Source: Folioceros fuciformis (Eukaryota). From it: 55,956 nt of DNA. The stretch spans positions 351,102-407,057 of the forward strand of contig JBNGIO010006293.1 of assembly GCA_049999805.1 (NCBI GenBank), given 5' to 3'. Of the stretch, positions 36,284-49,237 are shown piece by piece. Under the pieces are notes generated by a model. The model saw only the letters and a program-made list of their open reading frames with translations. It did not search any database and was not told the DNA's origin. Position numbers and translations under genes: made by a program. How positions within the stretch are numbered: the first letter of the stretch is position 1; each line of letters begins with the position of its first letter.

Positions 36284-38875
36284 TCAAGTCACTTGCAAAG
36301 AGATAGTCCCATAGCCCTGATAATGCCAGTTTTCATTCGCGGTCATCCATGTGCCAGGTTTCCGAGAGTTGGAAAGTTTCGCACCTACAGCAGCAAGTTT
36401 CCTGCAAGTCACACCGCCGACAGAGCTGGTGGCATCTGCTTGTGTGACAGGATCCTCAGTGCCTACAGCGACCGTCCGGCTTACATCACTATTCGCTGGT
36501 GAACCCTCAGGGTTGAGACCCCTGGCTTTTTGACAACCGCAGCCTTGAGATGGTTCCTGCACTTCTGCTCCGGAAGAAACATAATTTTCAAATTGAGGCG
36601 TCACAAACAGGCCACCATTCACAGGTGTCTCCTTCGTGCATGCTTCCTCGCATTCCCCATCTGCATGAGGACTGACAGTCAACTCCCCAAGACCGAAAGG
36701 CAAGGAGGTGCTCGCTGCGACATCACTATCCAGCTGGTGCCCACTATCGACAAACGGCCTGCTAGAGTTCGCCCAAGACACGGACGGCCTACGCGCATCC
36801 TCAGTTTGAGCCTCAGGTTGACCGTTCTTGTCACCACAAGGCGTCTCGATGGGGGACGACTTGTGGTGCGGCAGCTCGTTTTCTCTAACATCATCCTGCT
36901 TCCGGAGTTGAATTACAGGTTGAGTACCTTGCATCTTGTTGCTTACAGCAAGAGGCTTGTACACCTGAAGAGTTCTGGAAACCGGCTGCGTCATTGCAGA
37001 TTCATTTTCCTTGTCTGTTTGAGCGTCCAACACAAGGAGCTGCAAACATCCTCCGGAACCACCTCTGAGGTCAGACTCCACACATCGGCTGTCCCATCCT
37101 GAGCCACCCCTGGATTCCGGTTCGACACACCGACCGTCCCATGGAAGGCCTTCGACGTCATCGCACATTTTCTCCCTCTGAGCCTCCTCCTCATCCAACA
37201 GGATGCCAATAATACCAGAGTGAGCCCTCTGTATCAGGCAAAACAGCTTGATGGCAGCCAGTCTAGCTTCCTCCTTCACAGCCTCGATATCCCGATCATC
37301 TACGAACTCACATCTGTCCACAAAGTGCGCCGCTTTATCTGGCCGGTGCTTCAAACAAATGAGCAGATGAGCCCTTTCGACCTCACTCCTCATACAGCGG
37401 TGAGACACACCGATAATGGAATGATAGTCGATCGTGTAACCAATTTCCAACCTATGCCTGATCTCGGCGATTTTCATAATCACGGCCTCATAGTTCCCAT
37501 GCACATCTTCCTCCTCGGAATTGTGCGTGTGCCTCCAAACAGCACCTGGAAACTTGCGATGCCGGATGATAGCTTCATACAGCAGCTTGAGCTGCTCCAA
37601 ATCCTGGAAACATTCATAGAAGCAGCGAACCATCTCATACAGAGCAGCTCGAGTGCCAAGCGCTTCCACGCACACCGGATCCAGAGCTAAAGTTCTGTTG
37701 CAGTCAGCAATGGCATCGGGAATCCGTCCTGCCGCCTGATACGCCACAGCTCGATGCAAATAGCACTCGGCTATGAAACCCTGCGGAGTGCCCCTCCTGC
37801 CATCCAGAATCTTAGAAAAATGCCGGACAGCTTCAGTGTACAGTCCTGCGTCCATGGCCGCTATGGCCGCTGCTCGCCTCCTGAGCAAGAACTTGATATT
37901 CGCTAAGAGATGGTTCACAAGATCCGCCTCCGAAGGCCCTACGCTTCCCTCGCAACAAAAACTATCCTCGTTCAGATCATTACTCTCCTTCCTAGAGGCC
38001 GCAGAAGCCGCCCTCTTGCCGCTCTGCAGCAGAATCATGGCGTCCTCCATCATCCCGAGATGGCAGCATGCTTGCCCTAGCACTAAAAACCTCCATTCCT
38101 CCCGCTCCGTCCTCTTGGTGAGGAGCCGCTTCTTTATCCCAGCAAAAGACAGGTACCTGAGCACGGACTTCCGCCTCGCCTTGTCTGGCAAGTAGTCCGA
38201 GAGCAGCTTCACTTTCTCCGCCAGAGGACTATCCGGAGGAGTGCTGTCCTCGTGCTTGAAACTCGGAACGTAGTCGTACAACAGGCTGGCCACCTCCCTA
38301 AACCGCCTCAGGCTCAGCAAGCACCTGGCTTTGAGCTCCAGCGCCTTGTCCCAATTAGGATACAGCTTCAACGCGCCGTCCAGCAGCCCGACCGCAGCGT
38401 ACACGTCCGCCGGTTCTTGGCTTTGCACCAGCAGCCTGGCGTGACCTAAGTACTTCTCAGCCAACTGCGAACCACGCCACAACCTCAGCCACAGCAACAA
38501 AATACCAGCACAAAGCACAAACCACCACAAACCAAACCATTGCGCGCCATCCTCCATCCATCCAGTCCACACACGGATCCGAATCTTCCCCGCACCAGAC
38601 ACCTCACAGAATTCGTCCACAACAAACATCACACAGACCGCAGCGTCTCAGATCCAAGGCAGGGGAGCTCAGAATTGCAGCGACTCCCTTCCACACACCT
38701 TGCGGCTGCGGGACCAGCGGCGGCGCTTGAAGAGCACGAAGGAGAACATTGCGACGGCGCAGTAGAGAAGCACGATCCCAGCAACGGAGGGGTGCCAGGC
38801 GCGGCGCTGGGCCGCCTCTGCGCAGAGGCGGCGGGGGCACGAGAGAGCGGAATGCTCAGCGGAGGCAGCGGCCAT
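36284..38875 (-). CDS. TPR-containing DnaJ-like (J-domain) protein, 2 exons
   Basis: Exon 1 ends KRRRWSRSRK (38699), intron 38698-38465, exon 2 starts LAEKY. Motifs ALELKARCLLSLRRF, WRFLVLGQACCHLGMMEDAM, AIADCNRTLALDP, J-like LKHRPDKA. Confidence 0.9.
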
Positions 38876-41556
38876 GGATCGGGGGAGGCATCCGCGGCCG
38901 CATACAGGGGGCAGGAGGATCCTGCCGCTGCACCCGCGGCCTCTCCTGCTGCTGCCGCTGTTGTTGCAGGCGCGTCCGGGGCGAGAAACGCAGCACAGGT
39001 CCGGGTCCGCCAGCGACGCAGGCGGCAGCGGCAGCGGAGGCCCAGGCTAGAGCCGCCATGGCTGCAGCTGGAGCCGCAAAAGCGCAAAAGCTCTAACAGG
39101 CGGACACCTCCCCCTTGTAAAGCCAATTTTATCTCCCTCCTCCTGCTTTCCTCGCTGGGTTCAAAAGCAGGTTTCCGCAAATGCGCGCCAATGAGAAGGG
39201 GAGAGGGCCTGCAGGGCCAGCAACGTGCTGGAAGGCCTGGGCCAGACAGGAGTGACGTGCCCCTCCGTCGCCTCGCACGCACAACGCGCGTTTCGCAATG
39301 TAGACTATATGTTTGTATTTATATACAAGTATCTCTGTGCTGTGCAGTCTGCAGCAACGGTTGGTGTGGTGTCACGCTCTCCGTCGTCTTACGCCCAATT
39401 AATCCTCTTCAATGTCGAAAAGATAAAAGAAATCCATAAAGAGCGGCATTTCGTTAGGAATTTGGGGCTCGACACCACAATGCCACAATGATTAGGCGGC
39501 ACGGTAAGCCCTAACGCTAACGGGTTTCTTTCATTCACGCCTTGAAACGGGGCCCACTTGCTGCCTGCCCTTTTGACTTCATGTCCTCCTCCCAACGTCC
39601 TCCTTGCCATCTCCGTCTCCCACTCCTACTCCCCCGCCTGCGTCCTCATTTTGCGTCAGCCTTTCCGCCAGCCTTTCCGATCTACGGAGGGTAGACGAAG
39701 CTGGAGAGTTTTGATACCTCGGGAGAGCGCGCATTTCTCGAAGACGGTGTGGCGCTGGCCGAAATAGGACTCCTGCTGTCCTTGCGGATTTGGAGCAGAG
39801 CTGAGCTGAGTTCCTGGTGCTTGAAAGCTGGAGGAAGCAGATTCCGAGAAGCTTGTCAACAAGAGAGGGAAATTGGAATGCGAGAGTGCATTAATATACA
39901 AGGAGACGGATTGCAGGGTATGTCCGATTTTGACCTTGGTACTTGGGGGGCGCAGCAGCCGCGGGCCTTGTGCCGAATTCCAGGTGATAATCTATTCCGC
40001 ACCTCCTCACGCAAGCATGTGGCCCGACGCGTGCTCCTTGGAACTTGGGACCCTGGGCTAGCCGGCCTGGCCTGGCCTGCCTGGTGCTGCCTGGTGCTGC
40101 TGCCGCCGCTTTGGGATGAAGCATCTTGGGAGGCGCCATAAGGATTTTTGTTGGACGTGGACGCAACGTGGCCTCCACATGTGACCTCCTGTCACCTTTG
40201 TCGGGACTGGAATCCTGGAAACATTTTCTGTACATACTACCTTATCGGGCCATGCCATGCACCCGGCGAGCCCACTGGATGACTGGTGTGTGTACAGAGT
40301 CGAGGAGGTAGACCAAAATTGTTGTCAAGTTGGTGGACGGTGGAACCTGGTGCTGTCAGCGCGTGAATGTCAGCCAATGGGGTGGCTGCCAGGCTTGCAG
40401 CTCCTTTAGTCGCCAGAGGTGTGAATCCCGATGCAGAATTCCAGAGCCCACTTCACCCGTCTGCTGTGAGTGACGGCGTAGCCCTGCCACCCGCTCGTAA
40501 ATCCAGCTTGAGGTGACAGAGCCGAAAAGCATACATCGCAGAACACGAGGTTGGAAGCTTGAGGACAGGGTTTTATCAATAACTACACCTTCTCCGAGGA
40601 AACGGGAATTAAATTACTCCCGATTCACGCGGATGCTTCCCGGTTGGCGGCGTCTCATCGTTGTGAACAGTACTGTAGTCCCACCGTTGTGCCCTAATTT
40701 CTCTGCAAGACGCTGTCAGCGGGTCGGGAGTGCGTCACAGCCACACGCCTCCAGGAACATGGTGACGTTTTGTGTCTACGTACAGCAGCGTCTTCCAACA
40801 CCTCTGAAATCGTGCAGAAAAGAAGCTTTTCCCTCCCGATCCGGTCGGTCCTTGGTGCCAGTGTTCAGTTCAAGGCTCCGTAAACTTGAATGTGCTGTCA
40901 GTCTTGAACCTGGGCCATGACATCACAGGAAATGGCCTCTCGTCAGCTGGACGGGGTAAGGTGGAAACCGAGACCGATGAAGATCACATGCATGCACATT
41001 GTCCCAGCCTGCATCTGTCCACCGTTATGGAGGTCGAGCTCAAGAAGTCTGATCTGCTGGCGTCCCGTTTCTAAGATCTCCACAAGGCATTTCTCCATCT
41101 TCCAGCCTCGTCCGTTGTGCTCAACATGAGCTAGGGTTTGAAATTTAGGGTTTTCCATCAGGCTGCACTCACCACTGGCTTGCTCCGCGGAAAGCCAGCC
41201 GGCCTAACAACACAGGCAAACCATCAGCTCCCTCTCTTTAATACACAATGTCCATACAGTCGACGCCGCCCTTGTTGCAGGAAGGTGCAGAAGCGGGGCT
41301 ACCATCATTGCATTTCATTGCATAACGTCCCCGTTCCAACTTTTATGCATTGTCGCGTCCAAGACTATCCTATCCGGCTTCATCAAACAACAAAATCTTA
41401 GATCACAGACTCCGTTCGTCGGTATGTAACTTCCGGCAACTAAATGCGGTTCATTTTTCGGCATTCACGTCTTTGAGCCCTACCTAACGTGTGTATCAGT
41501 GGGGGATGGGTGTGTGCTTGCGAAGGATCCGGGAGAGGTGACAAAGGAATTCGTTG

Positions 41557-42524
41557 ATGGCGACACCGCTCGCTCATGTCTCGGCTTTGCATCATGCACA
41601 GCATGTGTTGAGCTCATGGCCCACTCCTGCTGGATTGGCTGGTTCAGGAGTATTCCAGCGAGCTGGTTTGAGAGCAGGAGTGGGAGGTTGTAGGCAGAGG
41701 CAGGCCGGATGGAGAAATGTGGGAAGCTCCCGCTGCAGCAGGGATCAGTGGGAATCTGTGGCTTCCGTGTGCAGGGGTGATGCTCGAGTGACATGTCTTG
41801 GAGGCTGGAAAAAGCGGGTGGGCAGCATTTTGCATTAGGGGCTATGCGTGCTGTGTCGTTCGTTGGCTGTGGTTTGAAGAGGGCATGGACGTTCTAGGTT
41901 GACGGAATGTATCCCACGGAAAGTTCTGGTTGAAGCAGAAGTCGGGCATTAGTGATAAGTAGGCTGGTGCTATCCTGACTCTGCCCTGGCTTTGCAGGAT
42001 GCTGCACGGAAAGCCCTGGAGGAGGCTTTGGGTGGTAAGAGAGAGAGCTATGAGAAGTGGGATGAGGAGATTAAGAAAAGGCAGGAGAGCGGAGGTGGGA
42101 AAGGGCGTGGGAGGGGCAAGGGCTGGGGTGGTGGGGGTGGCGGAGGAGGGCAGGGAGGAGGAGGCAGAGGCGGAGAGGATGATCTTCCTGCTGAGAATAA
42201 ATGGGAAGAGGCGAAGCAGATAGGTTATGCGTTCTTTGGATTGGTGTTTCTGGTAAGCCTCTTGGTAGTTTTCAGATGTTATGACATCGTGTTTCTTTGT
42301 ATCTCTTGTGACTTTGAACGCGTGTTCTGGTGCAGTACCTTGTTCTCACGCAAGGAAAAGCAATGCTTGCTTTCGGAGTGAATGCGTTGTTCTTTGTGCT
42401 ACGAGGATTTAAACGGAGTCCCTCGTACCAGCCACCCAGCAAGGCAACCAAAGCGCCTTCGTTGGGGCCCTTGGCTTTGGGGAATGCTGAGGCTGATGTA
42501 ATAAGCAAGTGGGGCAAGGATTAA
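41557..42524 (+). CDS. Conserved plant glycine-rich membrane protein with transit-peptide-like N-terminus, 3 exons
   Basis: Exons 41557-41817, 41998-42252, 42336-42524. DAARKALEEALGGKR..KWDEEIKKR, Gly tract, hydrophobic segment, C-terminal VISKWGKD. Confidence 0.8.
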
Positions 42525-42691
42525 AGAATTTTGGTAGGTTAGTTTTGGTCTCACGCGAGCTTTTCACGAGGCTTGAGATTCAAAAGTCAAAGTAGGCGTC
42601 TGTATCCTATGCTGCACACATTTTTCTGTAACATAAATGATGCGGTCGACTAAGTGAACACTGGTGAGCAGGATTCAACCCTACACGTACA

Positions 42692-45600
42692 CTAGTTTGA
42701 GGACTTCGCATGCTCTGTTGCCAGTTTCTTCGCAATCTTGGAGGTTTTGTAGTCTTCACGTAGCTCGATGAATCTGGAGAGAAGCAAGGACTTGTAAGGA
42801 TCCTTTTGTAGGGGATACTTACAGAAGCTGTTGCAGGACTTAATACATACTTGAGTGCGTCCTTTCGGACATCTTTCAGGCTGCTGTCCAGCAGAGCTGC
42901 AAGACTCTCTGGTGGAACAATCAAAACGTTGACCATCCTGCAAAATGGAATGGATTTGTCAAGGTGTGTCCATCTGGACTTTGGGTGATGGTGCACAACT
43001 GGAGCACCAAGCTAAGAGCGTACTCTCCCAAAAGATCGAACTTCTCAATCACGGAAGGCGATTGCAGGGTTGACACAAAATTTTTGTATTCTGACAGGTC
43101 TCTCTTCACTCGAAAGGCTCCACTGCAAACAACATGAAGGCAAAGATAAGCAGATGCTTTGGCTGTCAGCAGGATTTGTATCCACCGAAGGCTGTTTTGT
43201 AGCTGGTATAAACCCCGAACCTCGGACTGAAGATACATCTTTGTAAGTGTGCAATAAGTTCCTTTTGCAATCGATAACCCTGACATGCCCACCAGCCAGC
43301 AGAGTCAGGAATTGTGCAAGAGTTTCTACCAGCTTCAGGAATGGGAGGCATCTAACCACTTCGTTAAAAAATGCCTGCTTGTTCGGGCCTTCCAAGGCCG
43401 CAGATGCGGTCTCCAAAATGCGAGTTAGATAGGCAATTACCCTGCCGTTGAAACGTGTGATGGGTAAAACCAAGAGACGGCAAACAACTGGAGCGTTCGA
43501 TATCGAGGAGACCTGAACGAACAGACCTCGTGCATGCAATGGTGGCACCCTGCTCAGGAGGTTGATCTCCTTCATCTGGCTTGAAGTCTGTGGGTTTCTG
43601 CTCAATAGCTAGAAGCCTTTCCACCTTCAATGACGAAGACAGCCTTAGATAGCTTGATCCCACCTGACAACAAGAAAGGTTGTCCACAAGATACATTCAA
43701 CCCGGTTGTTTACCTCACCCATGATTGTATCCACACAGCTGTGCAGACCTTTCAATATCAAAGCCTCAGCAGTGGACAGTGCAGTGGCCATTTCATCGAA
43801 GCAGCCAGCTCGAAATCCATCAATGTGCTGGATGTGGCGCACCACTGTGTTGGAGAAGTGCTGTCCCACAGACAGCCAAATGTGAGTATAGCACTGCCTT
43901 GTTGATTGTTTTCTTACAGGATCAGTGATGTGAAGAGAATACTTGCTGAACTAATGCAACAATCGCTGTCGCCCTCTGAGCATTGATCATGAATGCTCGG
44001 TAGCTACTTTCTCCAGCGACAGCAGCAGCCTCAGCCTACAGATGAAGGTACAGATAATATTTGTCAACACGCTTCTTGTAACACAGACCCGTCAGCAAAG
44101 TGAAGCACGATTAGAACATGCAATGAAGCATTTCGTCTTGAAAACAAATTACACTCACTGCTGTTGCTGCTGCTGCTGCCACTCGTCTGCTGCTACCTGA
44201 GCCAATTGCAAATCGCTCTCTCAACAGAGTAGCATCATCAATGACGGCTTGGGCCTTTTTCAAGCTTTCCACGACATGCTTGCTAACCTGTGCATTTGTC
44301 ACTCAACCGTAAAGCTGACACAAACATGCTGTGTCACAGAGCTGAGGTGAGTTGCACCCCAACAGTTCAGTATGAATCAAGAATCCTGCCTCCAAACTTT
44401 TTAGTGAATGGTAGGGCTTACACACCTGCTCAAGAAATATACTGAACATTGCCCTCACATGTGCACCCAGAGAAGCAGGCTGTGGAAGAAGCACAATGTA
44501 ACTCAGTTCCAGATTCAGTAGCACACCAGGAAGCATGGAAAGTAGCTCATTCTCGTTACACTTTTTCCAGTATGAGCATCACTGTGCAATGGAACATACA
44601 CAAGCCATGCACATGAAACCTTTGTAGTGAACAAAATGCAGCGGGATATGGCATCTTCATTCCACTTTCTGAATTCGGACACCACTGCTACAGGCATTTG
44701 CGAAGCGAAAGATACTCTACTTCCTCGTGGAGCCACTAGCCCTCCTTGGGCAGGCATCAAGGATGCCTGTCTTAATTCTTCCATCTGTCAGGCCATGAGA
44801 GATTTTAGAAAATGCTTAGTGCACGAGGATATCTCTCTGCGATGGTAACAACAGTTGCTGACCTGCCAGCCAGAATACAGCCGTGTAAGTCCTGTCTACC
44901 TTCGCTTCGAAGAGCTGCTTGAGTGAAGCCCGTTCAAACTCTGGATAGTTATCTCTGTGTTCAGAGAACAAAGATTCAGCAACCCCTGGATACCAAATTC
45001 ACAAAAATTATCAAGCTACGCTTTCCAGGATAACAATGTGCTCAAAGCAGAATTGTAGGAACAGCCTCGTAAAGCTATGGTAGTTGATTTTGCATCCTAC
45101 CTTCACATTCCAGTTGATCACGGCAGAATGTTTGCAGATCCTTGGCAAGTCCCAATGTCCTATCATAGCAGATGCTGAGGATTTGGAGGTACTGCCTCAG
45201 GGAACTTCGTGATCAGCATAAGTGAGCCTCATAGTCCATGCTGGTGGTCCAGATTAGGACAAACTGGACAACCGTACCTGCAAGTAGCCTCCTTGCTCCA
45301 TTGGCACAGGAACTGATAGGGAAGGCTTCACCAAAACCTTATCTAACACCAATCGGACTCGCTGCTCCAAAACTCTCTGCAAGGCAAGAAAGCCAATGTG
45401 TCTAGCTCTCATAGACCCAGCTGATGTTTTTCCAAAACTTACACCGTTACCTGAACAAGGATTGCCATAACCGCAGCTGGTGACGGAAAAACAACAGCTA
45501 TGACAGCAGACTCCTTTCTTACTGTGTCTGATACAGGAATCTGTAAGTACAAGATGTTTGCATCGCTTGAGAGTATGTGGCGTTAGGAAAAAAATTGTAC

Positions 45601-47687
45601 GACTAGAATCAGGAATCTAACTACCTGTGATCCCCTTGTAAAGGATGGCCAGCCCTTGTCCAACCTTGTCAGGCCCCAAAGAGGGAACTCCATCCTGGAA
45701 CTCCTCACCAAGAAGAGTCCTCACATCCCTATTCATCACCTCAACATCGATGAACATTGGCAGTGTTGCCACATACCGTTGCATTGCACTTGTTCCTCTG
45801 TTGAACTGGACAGCAAAGAAGGAACAGAAGACGATCAGTATTAAACGTTTTACGGTTTATAAAACTGCCAGACTGAAACTCGACTCATGAATACCTCTCC
45901 AAGGATCTTGGCACAACCCGCCATAGATTTCAGGTCTCGCTCTTGACATGCCATATCAAATTTGGCAAGAAGACGGTTCTCCAGATCTGCACTTGCCGAT
46001 GATCCAACTATAAAAACGAATGCGAATATGTCACAAGGTTTACGAGTTGGGAAGCTGCCATTATGTCACTGACCATTGCAGTAGTCCTGAAGCCTTGCCA
46101 CAGCAACATCCAGACGTGTACTTGCTGTCTTATCAGCACCACCACCAGGAGTTCCTCTGATGTTCCCCTCGGCGAAGGAACCTGGATGAAAGTGTTCTTC
46201 GAGAGTAAGAAGCATTCTCCACTCTCCGCAACAATATGGGCACAAAAGGTCCAGGGAGCTGCACTCACGGAGCTTCTGAACAATGACAGCAGCTTCAGCA
46301 ACCCTCTTGTCATCACTGAATATTAGTGATAGCCCACTAAGCTTCACAGCATCTCTGTTGGCGTGATCCGCAGAATCTGCATCTGTAGCCTCACCAGACC
46401 CCTCCTCATTTTTTGGCAAACTTGAATTGAACTCTGCCATATACTGAAATAACTTGCAAATTAGTTGAAGAAAAAGGCAATAACTGCTTCATACTCGACA
46501 ACAAAAGAGCGTCCAGAGCTAGGAATGCATATCCACTTCCACCTGCGACGCGGAAGCCTGTTACCTTCATAAGGTGCACTGTTTCATAAGCACAGTCCTT
46601 CTGCTGGTCAGTATGCTGTACAGCCACACATTACCTTGGTTAGTGGTGAAGGTAAATATGTGTAAAGGAACGTGAGCAAAATACCAGAACATTGTCTCAG
46701 ACCTGAAGTTGGTCGCTGATCCTTGCTGCTGTCTGTGCCACTCCTGTAACGCGCTTATCAAGCCGCGTGAAACACTCAAATAGGCCTTCTAATGCCTTCT
46801 TAACCTGTGAAGCCATAATTGGTACACATTTGTGCCTCATGACAGATCCACGACCAAGGACCATGACAAACCATATTTGCATGCCAAAGAAGTTATCTAT
46901 ATCGCTGCTCGTACGTTGTGGTTCAGAAGCATAGGCGTTTCTGAAATGGGACCTGAGTACTGCCTTGTCACAGTTGATATCAGCTCATGCAGTGCGTTAC
47001 CTGCAAAAATTGGTCCTGGCACTTTACTTCGTGTGATGCTACTTCGTTCTTCAATCTATCCAGCCGCCCCGTAACCTGCTCATTCAAATTGGGTGAGGGC
47101 AGGCCAAACATGCCACAGCTACCGTCCATCTGACCTTATGGCATTTTGCTTTGTAGTGCTTGTACACAACAGCCTCTGTTAGGTACCTTGCTGGTAAGTC
47201 CCACAACCTCTCCCTTGGCATCGTTTAATATCCGAAGCATGGGTTCAGCTTCTGGAATAGCAACCCCAGCAATTAACTTCGTTGGCCCTTCCGATTGAAG
47301 TGGTGCTGGACCATTGGATTCCTTTCTACTTTGGATGCTTGCACTCTTTGAAGGTGTCGTGTCCTGAGCTCCCCATACGTCCTGGACTAGCTGGTTGAAG
47401 AACTCATCAAACACGAATTGGCTCTGCACAGAAGCCCACAGGAACAGGGATAGAGAACTCATCCTGGATATTGCAAAGAATCCAATATCGTGCTCAGTAT
47501 CCGTAATCGGGCAAACGCATTCAAGCAGGCGACCTACCTTGAAATCACTGAGGTCAAACAGAACAGGCAGAGAGCTGACAGATGAGCGGACAGGTTTCCC
47601 TAGCTTCCCAGCTGCACCGCCAGATGCTTTTTTCTCTTTGGGCAGACTCTTTTCCAAAACTCCGGACGACTGTCTATGTTGCTGCAT
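42692..47687 (-). CDS. SEC10: Exocyst complex component SEC10, multi-exon
   Basis: LPVLFDLSDFK, LFECFTRLDKRVTGVAQTAARISDQLQ, FSDDKRVAEAA, RLDVAVARLQDYCN, FNRGTSAMQRYVAT, EQKPTDF, ALEGPNKQAF. Confidence 0.93.
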
Positions 47688-48544
47688 ATCAGACCAAAGT
47701 CTCTTCTCCTGAATCTGTGAGAAGCACAGGAACAGGTGGAATGCTTATTTAAGTGGAGTGTCATGCCGACGTGAACGCAAGGGATCAAGACTGTCGATGT
47801 CCAAATCTCTGCCTTCTCTGAACAGAGACTTTAGTTTGAGGACACAGTGAATTATCAATGTCTGCAAATGTCTCTCAGGCATACCTTCATGCTTAAGGGA
47901 CTGCGTACATCATTCTCAAGATCGACACATCACAAGATTGGTTTCAATCTAATCCGTAAACCTTCCACCAGTTTAGAACGGTGGGAGAGAAGGCAATCAG
48001 CCTCATGTCTTCCTCATCCCGTGGAGGTGTATCACGTCGTCCATCGAATGATTGCTGCCGCCAAAACAGGCTGCCTTCTCACTGCCTCTGAGAGCTGACC
48101 ACCTTCAAGAATGCTTAGGTGGTTACTGACAATTAAGACTGGATGCGTAACCTAATCTTGATCTTGAAATTGGACGTTGTGAACATCTCTCAAACTCTTG
48201 ATTCAGAGCTTTATCACCACTGAAGCTTTCACACTTGGGACAAGACACCAATGCTTCCTGAAGATGCTCACTCGTGTGAGCAGCCTTTCACAGACATTAA
48301 CAGCCCGATGATCAAGACAAGAACGATCTAGCCAGCTAAAATTTGAAGTAGCACAGCCAGCTGCGACAACTGACCAAAATTGGATTTGCCGAGTACAATG
48401 GGTAGAGACCAAGAGTCTGCTGCAGGAACACAGCCTTACAGAATTTTGGAAATCCAGCCACTTCCATACGATCTACACAACCTATCCCTGAATGTGAAGC
48501 ATCACATCCCCAATAATCAGCAGTGGCACACTCCATGAGAGCTT

Positions 48545-49084
48545 TCATTTCTTCTTGCCCTCCTTGATTTTCACAACCTCATCCACATACCGGATGCCCT
48601 TGCCCTTGTAAGGTTCTGGTGGCCTGAGCAGCCGTATTGCTGAAGAGAAATTCCCTACCTTACACTTGTCAAAGCCAAGGATGTATATTTTGGTGTTACC
48701 CTCAACCTTGACAGAAAGGCCTTCTGGGATTGGCATGCGGACTGGATGAGAGAAGCCCAAGCTCAGGGTAAGCTCGCTGCTATCCACAGCAGCACGATAT
48801 CCCACTCCCACAAGCTGAAGCCGTTTCACAAAGGCCCTTGACATAGCAGCCACGGTTCCCCCCTTGAGTCGGAGCAACAAATGGAGCGTGGACTCCTTGG
48901 CTATGTTATAGTCTGCCACTATTCGCCCATCGTCCAGCTGCTTGCCAGCAAATATCAGTCTTTGCTGCTCATGTGGAATCCCCTCCTTATCCTGGACCTT
49001 GGTCTTGACGTCGGTGATTGTATCGTACCTCTCCACGTCTACAGTGATGGTCGTCCCTCTCAGAGTCTTCACAAAGATCTGCAT
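48545..49084 (-). CDS. Ubiquitin-ribosomal protein uL6 (C-terminal domain) fusion protein, 179 aa, intronless
   Basis: 76-aa divergent ubiquitin MQIFVKTL...LRLKGG (49084-48857) joined in frame to a 103-aa bacterial/organellar L6 domain ([28 protein letters not shown]). Confidence 0.93.
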   Translation of the reverse strand: MQIFVKTLRGTTITVDVERYDTITDVKTKVQDKEGIPHEQQRLIFAGKQLDDGRIVADYNIAKESTLHLLLRLKGGTVAAMSRAFVKRLQLVGVGYRAAVDSSELTLSLGFSHPVRMPIPEGLSVKVEGNTKIYILGFDKCKVGNFSSAIRLLRPPEPYKGKGIRYVDEVVKIKEGKKK

Positions 49085-49237
49085 ATTTGCAGACCAGTGC
49101 ACCTGAGCAGGCCGTTTCCCAGAACTGTGAAATTTGAACTATTCTTCTTCCTCCGCAGAGAGTCTCTATCGCATCAGACTCGAAAGCAAACAAGGCTCCG
49201 TTGACCTAGGGCGACTTCCGTCCTGCTCTGATTCGCA

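Noticed and set aside
37330-37360. HRPD instead of HPD in the J-domain as a novelty
   Set aside because: A degenerate HxPD motif is typical of this plant TPR-DnaJ subfamily
38465-38632. Hydrophobic N-terminus of the 782-aa ORF as a membrane anchor
   Set aside because: It lies inside the predicted intron 38698-38465; the spliced exon matches the family N-terminus better
41132-41153. Two TAGGGTTT telo-box-like words
   Set aside because: Too short to be interstitial telomere; a common promoter word, not distinctive
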